64,000 nucleotides of DNA from Octopus vulgaris (lineage: Eukaryota). Made by a program: the position numbers and the translations under genes. Every line of letters begins with the position of its first letter. The stretch's first letter is position 1. The stretch lies in the NCBI GenBank assembly GCA_951406725.2, contig OX597814.1, forward strand, positions 64,418,001-64,482,000. The letters are read 5' to 3'. Positions 1 to 14,502 of the stretch are shown piece after piece. Under the pieces are notes generated by a model. It was not told where the DNA came from and did not search any database. It saw only the letters and a program-made list of their open reading frames with translations.

Positions 1-38
1 TACACATCCACACGCACATAAATATAATATATGTATGA

Positions 39-282
<244 letters not shown>

Positions 283-984
283 GATTACAATAGATTTATA
301 TAGCTGTGGGAAGTGCTTCTTTTAACGAATCTCTTTACTCAAATGTACCGAATTGTCACGTTAAGACTATTATACATTATATATATATATATATATATTC
401 CCACTTGTTGCGTATATGCCTATACATACCTGCATACGTGTGTGTTTTTGAGGCTGCGATTATGTGTGTATGTGTGTTTGAGTGTGTCTGTGTATGCTTG
501 CGTTGTATACATGCATTTCTGTATCTGTATTCATTGCGTAATCTTATTCAGATTTCGTCATGCATTTTTGCGTTCCACTTCATACACCCTCGTGCATCTT
601 TCTTCTTTTATCATAAATATGAGCATAAATATGAGAATATACAAATTTTCATTTTCCCTTTCATGTAACCACGGATGCTCGCACGCGTATAAGCACAGAT
701 TCACACACAAACACACACACACACACGCACACACTCTGTCTTTCTCTCCGCCCTCTCTCTCTCTCTCTCTCCCTCAGGCACACATACACACCCTCCTCCC
801 TCTCATATTTCGCGCACTAAAATTAATTTCCTATGAAAACTAAAAGCTATCTTTAATATAAACTTACATATATACATGCAGACACACACACACACACACG
901 CACACATACGCACATGCATATATATATGAATTGAACTGAAATGAACGGTTTTCAGCTCACGAGCTGTGGCCATACTGGGGCACC

Positions 985-1237
<253 letters not shown>

Positions 1238-1826
1238 TTAATAATAAAAGGGTAAAATTAATTAATTAAATAAATTAATTTAATCAATCAATTAATTAAT
1301 AATTTTACCAAATAGATCGGCACGTTAAAATTACGTTTGTAGGTATAATTATACAAATATTCTACACTTATAAACAAAATCATATATATATATATATATA
1401 TATATTGCACCCTGAAAAATATTATTGACCAACAAATATCCTGAAGAAAATATGAAAACCCAAGTTGAAGCTTAGTAATCTTTTTAGATATATTTAACTA
1501 TACTCTACATATTGTATTGAGTACTTCTTATGCTGTTCTTTGTAAACCACATTGCTTTGAGGTTAAACTGAAAATGTTCGTCTTGATGATGTTATAATAA
1601 ATTTTGTTTTACTTCAACTATGGAGTTGCTCCATCAGTTACCTTATTATTCCTAAACTGAAATTAAAGATAATTTCAGGTCAACGTTTACCCATAGCCGT
1701 CTCTCGCAAACGTCACTCACAACTAAGTATTGTGGGGGTGGGGTGGGGACATCGACACGCAAGGGACGCAAACACATACACACATATATAAACACCATAT
1801 TTACTTTTGATATGCCGGATATTTTA

Positions 1827-1970
1827 AAGGCAGAATTTGGTAGCACGCCGGGCAAAATGGTTAGGCGGGATTTCGTCTAACTTTACCTTCTGAGTTCAAA
1901 TTCCGCCTACGTTGACTTTAGCTTTCATCACTTGGGGCTCGATAAAATAAGGAGCAGTCGAACACTGGTA
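1827..1970 (+). mobile_element. Family A SINE, degenerate
   Basis: tagcacgccgggcaaaatg...ttctgagttcaaattccgcc...gctttcatc...gataaaataag matches the 45011-45244 copy. Confidence 0.8.
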
Positions 1971-2695
1971 TTTTATTACACCTTCCTGAAAATTGCCTAA
2001 ATGCGATTCTGATATATAGTATATTTTGATTGAAGGTTCTCTTGCTTTCTCTCACTTGCCTCCATCTTTTTCACCCCCCACTCTCTCTCTTCCCTTCTTT
2101 CTCCCTCACACATATGCTCACACGGTATTTCTCACTGTCTCTTCCTATTATTGTTCAGTTAATCCTTTATCCATAAATAATATCAATTCACATTACATTT
2201 AATGGATATTAAGTCACACTTTCTGCTAGAGAGAGCTCCTGATGCTATATTTACGCTCGTTGTCCCCCTTCCCCTCCTTTTTTCTTTCTTTCTTTCTCTC
2301 CCTCCCTCTCCCTTTCTCCTTTCAGTTAGCTACTACAGCCTTTTTCTCTTTCTTTTCATTTCTATCTCTCTCACACTTTCACCTGCCTCTCTGTCTCACC
2401 TTTCTGCCTTTCTAAATTACTGATTTCATTCCAACCAATATCTTAGCCACAGCTTCCTCAAATTACAAGCTATCATCTAAATAATAATAGCTTAATGATA
2501 ATATCACACGCACACACATATATAAATATAAATTATTTTGGATTATATATTTCTACACACATACACACACACATATATATATATATAGAGAGAGAGAGGC
2601 AGAGAGAGTGAGAGAGAGAAAGAGAAAGAGGGATATATATGTGTAAGTGTATGCATTTATATACGCATACACGCATTTATATATATACATGCATC

Positions 2696-2754
<59 letters not shown>

Positions 2755-3384
2755 ATATATATATATACACACACACATATATATATATAATTTCCAATTA
2801 CTAGAATCTTTAGAGCATCGGACGAAATGCCTTGCATTGTTTGTTCCTGGCACAAGGGATGTTCTCTATTCAAACTGTATTTGCGTCAATGAATAAAGTA
2901 CCAGTCAAATTTTGGAGTCGACTTAATCGACCAACTCAATAGCCATGAACCTATATGCGCGCGCGCACACACATACATATATACATACATACGTACATAC
3001 ATACATACATACATACATACATACATACATACATACATACATACATACATACATGCATGCATACACAGCCACAGTTTTATATATATATGAGATGATGTGA
3101 AATGCGTGTGAGTTTGTTGGGAATGTAGATATGACTTTTGGGATCTCCTGCTTAGATCTTAAAAAAAATTTTATCAAAAATTAATCTATATGAGAAATAT
3201 AAAACCCAAGAAACATTTAATACTCTCCCCTCAAATACAGTAAATCATTAAAAAAAATCCTGCTCTATAATAGCACTAAAATATCAAACATGAAAAATGA
3301 GATACAAGGAAAATGAAGTAAAGGGTTACAATAAAAATAACCATAGCAACAGCAAAACAACAACAGCGACAGCAATAATAATAA

Positions 3385-3572
3385 TGATTCCAAATTTTGG
3401 CACAAGGTCGGCAATTTCCGGAGAGAGACTAAGTTCAACTTATTTTATCGACACCGAATGGATGAATGGTAAAGGCGACCTCGACGGAATTTGAACTCAG
3501 AACGTAAAGACAGACGAAATGCTGCTAAACATTTTGCCCAACTCGCTAACGTTCCTGCCAGCTCGCTGCCTT
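3385..3572 (-). mobile_element. Family A SINE
   Basis: ttattttatcgacaccgaatggatg...ggaatttgaactcagaacgtaaag...tgccagctcgctgcc. Confidence 0.8.
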
Positions 3573-3698
<126 letters not shown>

Positions 3699-4395
3699 AC
3701 TTTCTTTTGTTAATAGTAGGGTGACGGATGGAACATTAAGTGTACACAATTTGCAAAACTTTGGGGGTATACAAATTATAATTATAATCATAATAAAGTT
3801 GATGATGGTGGTGACAGTTACAATGATGAAGATGATGATGATGATGATGATGATGAGAATGATAATTATATGTCTCTTTATGCGCATGCCTGATGTTGTT
3901 ATTGTTGGTGTTGATGTTGCGTGTGTGTGTGTGTGTGTCCATGAATGTTTGAGTGTGAGCACTCGTGTCCTCTTTGTATGTTGACGTGTGCGTAGACATA
4001 CAAGAATGCACACGTGCTCAGCCCTTCACCCAAATACACCGCACTTCTCCACCACTCTCTTTTTTGCTGCATTGTACATTGTACAGAATTTCTTTCGCTC
4101 CATTTCTCATAATCCCCTTCTCTCCTCTCCGCTCTCTTTTCCTCTCTCTTCCTCTCTCTCTCTCACCTGTCGATATTATTGTGGGAACGGATTGAGATCA
4201 CGCTAACACCAATCTGAATATGTCAGTAGTGATGATGACAACGACGATAATGATGACGAGGACAATGATGACGAGGAGGAGGAAGAGGAAAAGGAGGAAA
4301 CGGGGGCGGGGAAGAAAAACGAAATATTAATTTGAAGAAAGTGGCGGATGCAATCGGTTAATTGATGGGGAGTGGTCTCTGGTATAGGGAGGATT

Positions 4396-4491
4396 AGAAG
4401 AAGAAGAAGAAGAAGAAGAAGAAGAAGAAGAAGAAGAAGAAGAAGAAGAAGAAGAAGAAGAAGAAGAAGAAGAAGAAGAAGAAGAAGAAGA
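4396..4491. repeat. (GAA)n microsatellite
   Basis: Directly visible. Confidence 0.97.
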
Positions 4492-4823
4492 AAACAACAA
4501 CAACAGCAACAACAAAAATAACAGCAGCAACAACAAAAACAACAAGAATGCGAGAAAATGATTAAAGTCAAATAGACAGGCTAATATAAAAAAAATTTAC
4601 AAACAAGAAAGGAACGGCTGATTGATTTAATATAATACATGCGGAATAAATATCTGAATAAATAAGCATGATGGTAAATTACCTCAAAAATAAGGAAAGA
4701 TAGAAAATAAAGAATATGGTCATGTTGGTAGTAAAGAAAATCAGAAGAATAAAATGAAAAGATACTGAACTGCAGGGGTTGGGACTGGTTAGTTATTTAT
4801 GTAAGAACACAAATAAATATTGA

Positions 4824-5845
4824 TTCCAAATTTTGGCACAAGGCTAGCAATTTTGAGGACAGTGGGTAGCTGATTACATCGATTTCAGTGCTCAACTGGT
4901 TCTTATTTTACGGAGGCCAGAAAGACGAAGACAAAGTCGCCAGGATTTGAACTCAGGATGAAATGTTCCCAAGCATTTTGCCCGGCGTGCTAACAATTCT
5001 GCCCGGCCACCGCCTTAGGAACATAAACAAATACGTTAATATTTATTTCGGAATAAGGTTTGTTATTTGAGGAGAAAGAGCTTAGTTGAGTTTATTAACT
5101 CCGGTACCTGACTGGTGGAAATCAGGAAAGATGGAGGCCAAGTTCGAGCTCAGCTGTATTTGAACCCAGAACAAAAAGAATCATGAAAAAGACCTACACG
5201 ACATTTTGTCCAATTTCTAAAGATTTTGCCAATTCTTCGCCCTTAGTGATAGTTCTAGCTTAGACACTGGGTCTGAAATTTGGAAGAAGGGTTAGTTGAT
5301 ACTATCCACTCCAGTACTTAGCTGGCATTTAATTCTATTGACCTCAAAATGATGAAAAGCGAAGTTGACCTCGGTCAGATATGTTCTCTGAACGTAAAAT
5401 GCCAGAAGGAATACCATAAAACATTTTTCTAACGCTCCAACGAAGTTTTTGATTTTTAAGGAAGCTTTCTAAAATCATACAAGGTTACACATTGTGAAGG
5501 AAGGAAGTAGTCAATTTAATTGATCCTACTAATTGTACATATGTTTTCGTCCCAGGAAGAATAAAAACAAAGTTGTTGATAACAGGATTTGAAATCAGAA
5601 AGTAAATAATAATAATTTTGGCAAAAGGCCTGCAGCGTTACGCAGCGTTATTCGATTAAATCGACCCCACGGCTTGAATATTACTCTATTTTATCGACTC
5701 CGAAAGAATACAAAGCAAAGTTGACCTCGACAGGATTTGAGCTCAGAATGTAAAATGCCGGGTGAAATACTGCTAAGTATTTTGTAATGACAATAATAAT
5801 TCGCTATCAGGCGCACAAGGCTTGATATTTTGGAGGAGGCATTTT
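4824..5845 (-). mobile_element. Head-to-tail array of about six degenerate family A SINE units (~150-215 bp each, the last truncated)
   Basis: The tail motif ggcacaagg..aatttt recurs near 4835, 5050, 5262, 5478, 5620 and 5812; gatttgaactcag-like boxes recur near 4944, 5157, 5586 and 5734. Confidence 0.65.
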
Positions 5846-6315
5846 GTAATAATAATAGTTATGACGGAGTTCTATATCGATTTCAACAATGGTATTTAAT
5901 TGTTCGATCAACTATATAACCTAATTATTGAATTTTTGTATAATGGCTGAACTTTTCAGTCATGCATTGTCTTAGCATAATTATTCTCAAGCAGAAACAA
6001 CGCTACACACTGTGACAAGATTGGTCCTTTTAATTGCAGCTACAATCCATTTTCCACACTCTGTGTACCTAAATTCACTTGCAGGCCTTGTGTCGACCGG
6101 AAGCTATTCAAAAAGACACTTACCCAAGATGCCACGAACACAAGACCTCGTGATCGCAAAGTCAACTTCACAGCTATTTTCTCATGCGCCATCCACTTTC
6201 TTGCTAAAATTTTGGGGAGGTATAAAGGTATTGTTTTATATGGTATTACCACTACTTGACTGATACTTAATTTCTCGAACCCAGAAGGATTAAAATTGAC
6301 CTTATCTCAAGAAGA

Positions 6316-6348
<33 letters not shown>

Positions 6349-6837
6349 CGCCTCTTCCTTATAGACATTCACCTACACATATGTGTGCATGTATACAAAT
6401 ACAAATTGATAGAGAAAAATAAAAATATATGCACGTATAAATAAATGCATTCTGCTCAAATTTCAATTTCCAACGAGAGATTTGAAAAATCCCTTGTCTG
6501 TATTTGTAGCCCTGAGTTTAGTTTCAGAAAAAAATTTTCACTATTTTCCATGAGACCCATTTCTCTTCTTCTCTCTCATCTTTCATACCTGGTTATAATA
6601 TGTGTCTGCACCAATTCAAATATTTGAATTTCAAACAGACACAGACTCCATGTTTGTCAACAAATAAATTCCATATAACTTTGAGTTCGATTGTACAGAG
6701 CATGAATTTACCCAGTTGTCTACTACATGAATAAAAATAATGTCCTGAAAGTGGAATTTGTTAGGGGAAACTGTGCAGAAACTAGGCTTATATATACACA
6801 AACATACATGTATATAGGTATCTATGTACGTATGTAT

Positions 6838-6882
<45 letters not shown>

Positions 6883-6969
6883 GCATGTATTCATATATAT
6901 GTATACATACATACACACGTACACACACACACACATATATATGTATATGTATATATGCATATATACATA

Positions 6970-7059
<90 letters not shown>

Positions 7060-7940
7060 GATAAATATCAATGTGAGTTATATACAGTAGCGGTAACACA
7101 AAATGGCAAAAATACGTCACGTATATATATATATATATGAAATGGAAAAAAACGCAATAGAGGACAATAAAACACTCGGATAGACGATACAAGGGCAGAC
7201 AGGAAAAACAACAATTACATGGACAGGAAAAAATAGGACGGGTCATTCGTGGCCTTCTTTCTTCAGTCGAGTTACCAGATGTTCTTACAGTTTCGGCTAG
7301 TTACACTTTAGGCTGTTCGATCTGATTGTCCCTAAAAAAGTCTAAGCTAAGAGCATTATATTTTTTGTAAGAAAGCTAGTGAATGTGTACGGCAGATGTA
7401 TATATATATATATCTGTGTGTGTGTGTGTGCATGTTCGCATGCGCGTGTGTGTAAATGTATATGTGTAAGCATATATATAATCGTCATTTAGAAAATCTT
7501 TATTTGCATCGTGTACAGCGAGATCTAGAATGATTATTTGCATATTTACTCTTAAGTATTTACTCACTCCGCTCTCCATCTCTGTCTGTCCGTCTGTCTC
7601 TCTCTTTCTTACATTTATAATATATATGTGTGTGAGTGCGTGTGCGCATATAAATATGTATTTGTGTTCGTGTGTGTGCGCGCATGTACATATATATATT
7701 TACGTATACTTGCATATTACATTGATAGACAGATTCACAGATACGTGCACACACGCAGACACATACTCTTATATGCTTACACTTTATACTCACACTATCT
7801 CTTTCTCTATGCCGTCCTGTTACTCAGATCTACGCAATCACACATACATGCATGCATGAATACATACATACATACATACATGCATACATACATACATACA
7901 TACATACATACATACATACATACATACATACATACATACA

Positions 7941-7972
<32 letters not shown>

Positions 7973-8336
7973 ATCATAGATATACGTACATTTACGAATA
8001 TAATACTCTCTCATGAATACATACTAAGAAAAAACTGCACAGTACATATCCTAAAGCTAGCAATTAATTTAAATCTGACGAGAATATCATGTACATATAT
8101 TGGTTATTAAATAATATTGTATATTTGTTTTTATATTTTTAGAGATTTTTATTATATTATGTCCTTTTTTTATGTCTTTCAAAAATACGGAATTAATTTA
8201 TGTTTGATATATTGCGTTTTTATCGGTTTCATATATTATAAAGAAATATATAATAGTGTACGTACTTTCGGGTATTTAAAATTGTGTGTGTGTCTGTGCA
8301 TATATATATGTGTATGTATGTGCGTATGTATGTATG

Positions 8337-8474
<138 letters not shown>

Positions 8475-8590
8475 AAGATAGATAGATATAGATTATGTAT
8501 ATATATGCGTGTATATCTTCATAAATATGCATATTGATACACACAGATATACATCTATGTTTGTGCATATCAATGCACCTACATATAGAC

Positions 8591-8662
<72 letters not shown>

Positions 8663-8775
8663 TAAGAATGACTTTGTATCATATTCTTGTAATATCAATA
8701 TAATCCCTGGAGGCAGGGAGCTTTTAACACTTGTAGTAGCATATGCTTACTTTATACATATGCATACATACATAT

Positions 8776-8841
<66 letters not shown>

Positions 8842-8997
8842 ACATGCATATATACACACGCATACATACATACATACATGCATACATACATACATACATG
8901 CAAATGTACATATATACATGTATATGTGTGTTTATGTATACTGATATATGTAAACAGGAATAAGTATATATGCATACATATATATGTGTGCACGCGC

Positions 8998-9062
<65 letters not shown>

Positions 9063-9456
9063 AACACAAACACACACACACGCATACATGTGGAGTGTAT
9101 TGCATCATATAGACGTAAATACTAATTTTGTTGATCTCGGATTGATAGAAAGGAATATTGCAACTGACACGAGCAATATTTTATTTCTGCATGCAATGAA
9201 GAATAACTGAATGCACAATACATTTTGTGCGATACTCAAGCGGTTTTACCAAGAAAACGATACGCCTCTCATTTAATAAATAAATCATGATTTCCGTGTT
9301 TATGCTCTCTCTCCTTCCACTTGTATTAATTAATCAAAATATTAATTTCGCATTCTGTGAGATCGGTACACTATTTAATCTACAGATTCTTGTGACGGAA
9401 TCAAAATTAGTAATCAAGTATGCTGAAATTGTATTGAGTGTTATTACTAACGTGTG

Positions 9457-9635
<179 letters not shown>

Positions 9636-9680
9636 GGTATATATATATATATATATATACATATACATTTGTATATATGC

Positions 9681-9718
<38 letters not shown>

Positions 9719-9839
9719 AATGTTAATGCATTGATTTTTTTCCTGCAATATATGGCAGATGATCGTCTATTTGCAAACTTCTTCCATTTCGCAAGTGTAT
9801 ATATGATTGAAGTTAAATTGCTCTATTTCTCTCTCATAC

Positions 9840-9878
<39 letters not shown>

Positions 9879-10219
9879 GTCTGTTTGTCTGTCTGTCTCT
9901 CTCTCTCTCTCTCGATTTCTTTTATCGTACTACCACCGTCTCCTTGACTGATAAATTATTCATTGAGCAATAGAGAAAGAACTTTGTGCTGTGACTCAAT
10001 GTGTCTTCTGAAATTTTCAGTTTTCTTCCAGCTCAATAACACATTAAACTGCCAATCCCGCCTTTCTTTCTTTTTTTTTTTTTTGAATGGTTCTTCACTC
10101 TAAATAAATATTACCAATACAGTTTTCTGACAATTTACAAACGGTTGAAATTCCTTTTCTTGTAGCTTCCACTTATACAACTGACCAGCTTCATTTCAAT
10201 ATACTTCTATCAATAATGA

Positions 10220-10488
10220 AGGCACACGGGTTAGTGGTTAGAGTATTCAGCATACCCGGTGGTGTATAGTGTCCTTCAGGAAGATATCTTATTCACGTTG
10301 CTTCAGTTCACTCAACTGGCAAAAATCTATTGTACCTGTAATACAAAGTGTCAATCTTGTCAAATTCCATGTCACGCTGAATTTCCTTGAGAACTACGTT
10401 ACGAGTATGCGTGACTGAAGAGTGCTCAACCACTTGCACGTTTTCGAATCAACTGGAATAACCGTGGTAGTAACCGACGGAGAGCCAC
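10220..10488 (+). mobile_element. Probable SINE of a third family
   Basis: A-box-like ggcacacgggttagtggttagag head; the body tgtacctgtaatacaaag...cttgtcaaattc is also seen inverted at about 6012-6040. Confidence 0.55.
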
Positions 10489-11272
10489 TTAGTTATACAT
10501 AAACCAATAAATTTCTTAATATGTATGTTATACAAGTCTTAAATTTTAGGTCAACCAATTAAAAGTCATTATTTGATTCTAAGAGGGAAATCCATAACGT
10601 TTACTTACCATTCCAGAATGAACGGTGTGATAGAATCCTTTCTTGTTCTTGTTGATGATGTCATAGAAGCACCATCATGTCTTCAGCATCTTTAGACCTA
10701 ACGCAGCCCAAAACTCTCTATGTCTGACACATTTAATTTCTCCTTCAAAGAGAGAAAGAGGGGGGGGAGAACCGATATTAGCACAGAACTAATCATAATA
10801 AACTCCGAAAGGATGGACAAAATAATTGACCTTGACAGTATTTGAAATCCAGAACGATTAACAGAAAGCAATCAATCCAATGTCCTAATGACCCTAATAA
10901 TTGACTGCCAGAGATAAGTAATCACAATGTGTGCAGAGATAACTAATCACAATGCAGTATTTCTAGAAGGAAGTTACTGGGTCACGCGTTTAGTCTTTTT
11001 GTAGTAATTTTGTCCTCAGGTGATCTCTGATCCAGATGACCAATAATAAAAGGGGTTACAGACATAATGTATTTTGGTCAGTCGTTCTCAACTTTGTAGA
11101 AACATAGCAGTTTTTCTCACTCTTGTATCTATCTTTAAACTAATTTTCTTAGTATTTTTCCCTGAACAGAATATCGGTTTTAGCACTTCCAATAGAGTTG
11201 CAATTACTTGATGAACAATTGTATCAAGCATAACATTCTTTCCTGCTCTCCTTTCTTTATTTCATCATTCGT

Positions 11273-11303
<31 letters not shown>

Positions 11304-11699
11304 GTTTTACCATTCTTTCGTCTTTGATTTCAGTCTGTTGTCTCATTCTAAACATGTTAACATCTGATGGACGTGTCCTACGCACTCATGAAGCATTAAG
11401 TTATGTAGAACTGAGTCGAAGTGCTATTGTGCGTGTGTATGTGTGTGTGTGAGTGTATGTGTGTATGTATATGCTTTCTTTCATGAAAAAGAGCTTGTAC
11501 CTCGAAACGTTGAACGAAACTTCTCATGTTTTACTTCACTAAATGTATTGTTATGTACATAGATAGGGAATAAAGAATTGTTTGAGATCATCTTGAAATC
11601 GTATGAGAAAAAGAAACCGAAGGCGAAATTATCTATGTTACAGAAAATTATAGTCAGAGTGTCATCTAGGGGCCCATTCAAGAAATGCTGCAGTTCTTG

Positions 11700-12400
11700 G
11701 TTCATACTAACAAATAAGCGAAAGTTCCTTTCCTAACTGCCATTCCCCGGCCTACAGGTGTGCTAATGATTGAGGCCATTTAGTCGAAATATGCTCATCA
11801 CTTTCACCACATTTAAAATTTCCCCCTCATCTTCCTTTCCAAATGGAACTTGAAAAGTTTTGGTTAAATGGAAAAATGATTGTACTCAGTGCGTTGAACC
11901 ACGCGAATCTCACATCCTTTTTCACTATAGCCACTATACAATGAAAAGCTGTTCATTCTTCCTTACTAAAAAAAGGCGCTGAACTCATAATGGATTTAGC
12001 CAATCTCCATATCCGTTCTACTCACAACAACAGCTGTTCAACAAACCCACTGTAGTCAGCAATACTTTCAAGGTATTTTCGTTTCTTTCTGCGCAATTCT
12101 TGGGCGAGTGTCGCTGACGGTGCTATGGTGCCTGCAGAACTTATTCCGATCAAGAGTATTTACCAATTTGGTATAAACTCTACAAGGCCTTTCTATTGCC
12201 AACCAGCCGAGATATTTCTAAAAGTTTTCCATGGATCACGGGCCGAAATGCTCTAGAAAAGACTATTTACTTGATCTTCCTTGATGCCGAGAATCTCTCG
12301 TATACGTCGTTGCCTTAGCTCACCACTAATACTCTACAGTATGTAAGGGGTGCTGTACCGCTGGCAATATTGTTCGACTGATAGACAATAATAATAATTA
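11700..12400 (+). mobile_element. Possible highly degenerate LINE (CR1/L2-like) 3' remnant ending in (TAA)n
   Basis: Non-microsatellite block with elevated GC ending in aataataata. Broken frames loosely resemble CR1/L2 ORF2 C-terminal motifs (SF..R..W..L..V). Recognised by eye only. Confidence 0.3.
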
Positions 12401-12805
12401 TATTAATTATTATTATGTTTTATTTGTTTGCCAGAAGGGACAACAAATAATGGGAGAGAGAAAGGGCGGAACATACAGATATAGAAAGGGATATAAGAGA
12501 AGTTTAAGAAGAGAGAAAGGTAGACATGTATGTATGTATGTATGTATGTATGTATGTATGTATGTATGTATGTATGTATGTATGTATGTATGTGTTTGCG
12601 TGTGTGTGTGCATATGTATGTATGAGTGTCTGTATGTATGGATGTGCTTATTAGAAAGAGAGACAGAAAGAAGGAGTGCGGGATAGAGAGTGAAAAAGAG
12701 ATACGAAGTGTGTCTAATTTTCTCTATGAACCTGAGGCATTTGGAGCTGATCCAGCTGAAACTGGCAATCTTATGACTGAATAATAACGATAACAACAAC
12801 ATCAA

Positions 12806-13023
<218 letters not shown>

Positions 13024-13247
13024 AGTGATGGCGGGTCTGATGATGATGATATCGTTTATCTAGACAGGCAGAGGCCAAGTGAAAACATAACGGCAAGACC
13101 GACCTCCTTTGAAGAGTTTCGTTTCCTCGTACACACATCTAATATATGTATTTATGCGACCAAAGGTGTTGATTTAACCCACCTATGGTTCGAGATTCTC
13201 GCTTTTGTACGTTTCTTGAGACACACTTTTTGCTAGTACATACTTCT

Positions 13248-13294
<47 letters not shown>

Positions 13295-13309
13295 TATATA
13301 AGTATATAC

Positions 13310-13377
<68 letters not shown>

Positions 13378-13557
13378 ATATGTATGTGCATATATATAAG
13401 TATAAATGTATGTAAGTATGTATGTAGGTGTGTATGAGATATGAGATAAAGAGAGAGAGGAAGTGTGTATGTATATCTATATATGTATGTTTGTATATGT
13501 ATATATGTGTGTGTGCATGTATATATATATATATATATGTATATTTATATATATATG

Positions 13558-13629
<72 letters not shown>

Positions 13630-14152
13630 TGGATGGTGGTGGTGTAATTATAGACGCATGAAATTTACGAAATACTGAAAAATGGGCAGAGTCAATATGC
13701 GACAAGCACTGTACCGAGGCAGTCTCTTGTTCTTACTGTGTTATCAGCCAAGGGTGAAGAACGAGTATTAAGTTATAAATTGGATAATGGTAAATAATGG
13801 ATTAAGAAGACCCGAGGAAAAAGAAAACAAATCAAAAATAAACACTAAACCCATGCAAGCTATGGTACATTTAACGCTATAAAGTGAAGCAATTAAATAC
13901 CTACACACAGAATTAATCTACCATCGACAACAGTTAATGGACAACTATTATTTTCAACATAATACCGTAAATGATAGCAGCTAATACACTCATTGAAAGA
14001 TTTTCTATCAATTTGTCTGTTTTGTCTCTACTCCTATTGCTTGAGTATGTGTGTAGGTGCTCGCACACATATTCACTCAACACACACACACACATTTAAT
14101 ATAAATATAGTAGTTTCTGTAGAAAAATGTATAACTCCTATCTCAATTTGTG

Positions 14153-14245
<93 letters not shown>

Positions 14246-14247
14246 GT

Positions 14248-14306
<59 letters not shown>

Positions 14307-14354
14307 TACAGTAAAAATCTATCTATATGTATGTATGGATGGATGGATGTATAC

Positions 14355-14502
14355 GACGTGCTTCATTCTGTTTCTGTCTACCAAACCCATTCAGAGTGCT
14401 CTGCTCGGAAATGTAGTGGAAGACACTTGTCCAATGTGCCTCGCAGTGAGACTGAACCCGGAACCATGTAGTTGAGAAGCAAATTTCTTATCACACAGTC
14501 AC
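14355..14502 (-). mobile_element. Family B SINE 5' part
   Basis: Reverse complement of the 29753 head: gaagacacttgtccaatgtgcctcgcagtgagactgaacccggaaccatgtagttg. Confidence 0.75.

Noticed and set aside
4824-5845. CRISPR-like repeat-spacer array
   Set aside because: Units are ~200-bp diverged SINE copies in eukaryotic DNA, with no identical short repeats and no cas genes
10909-10954. 25-bp tandem duplication, and similar small duplications at 15063-15094 and 19070-19112
   Set aside because: Ordinary slippage duplications with no further structure
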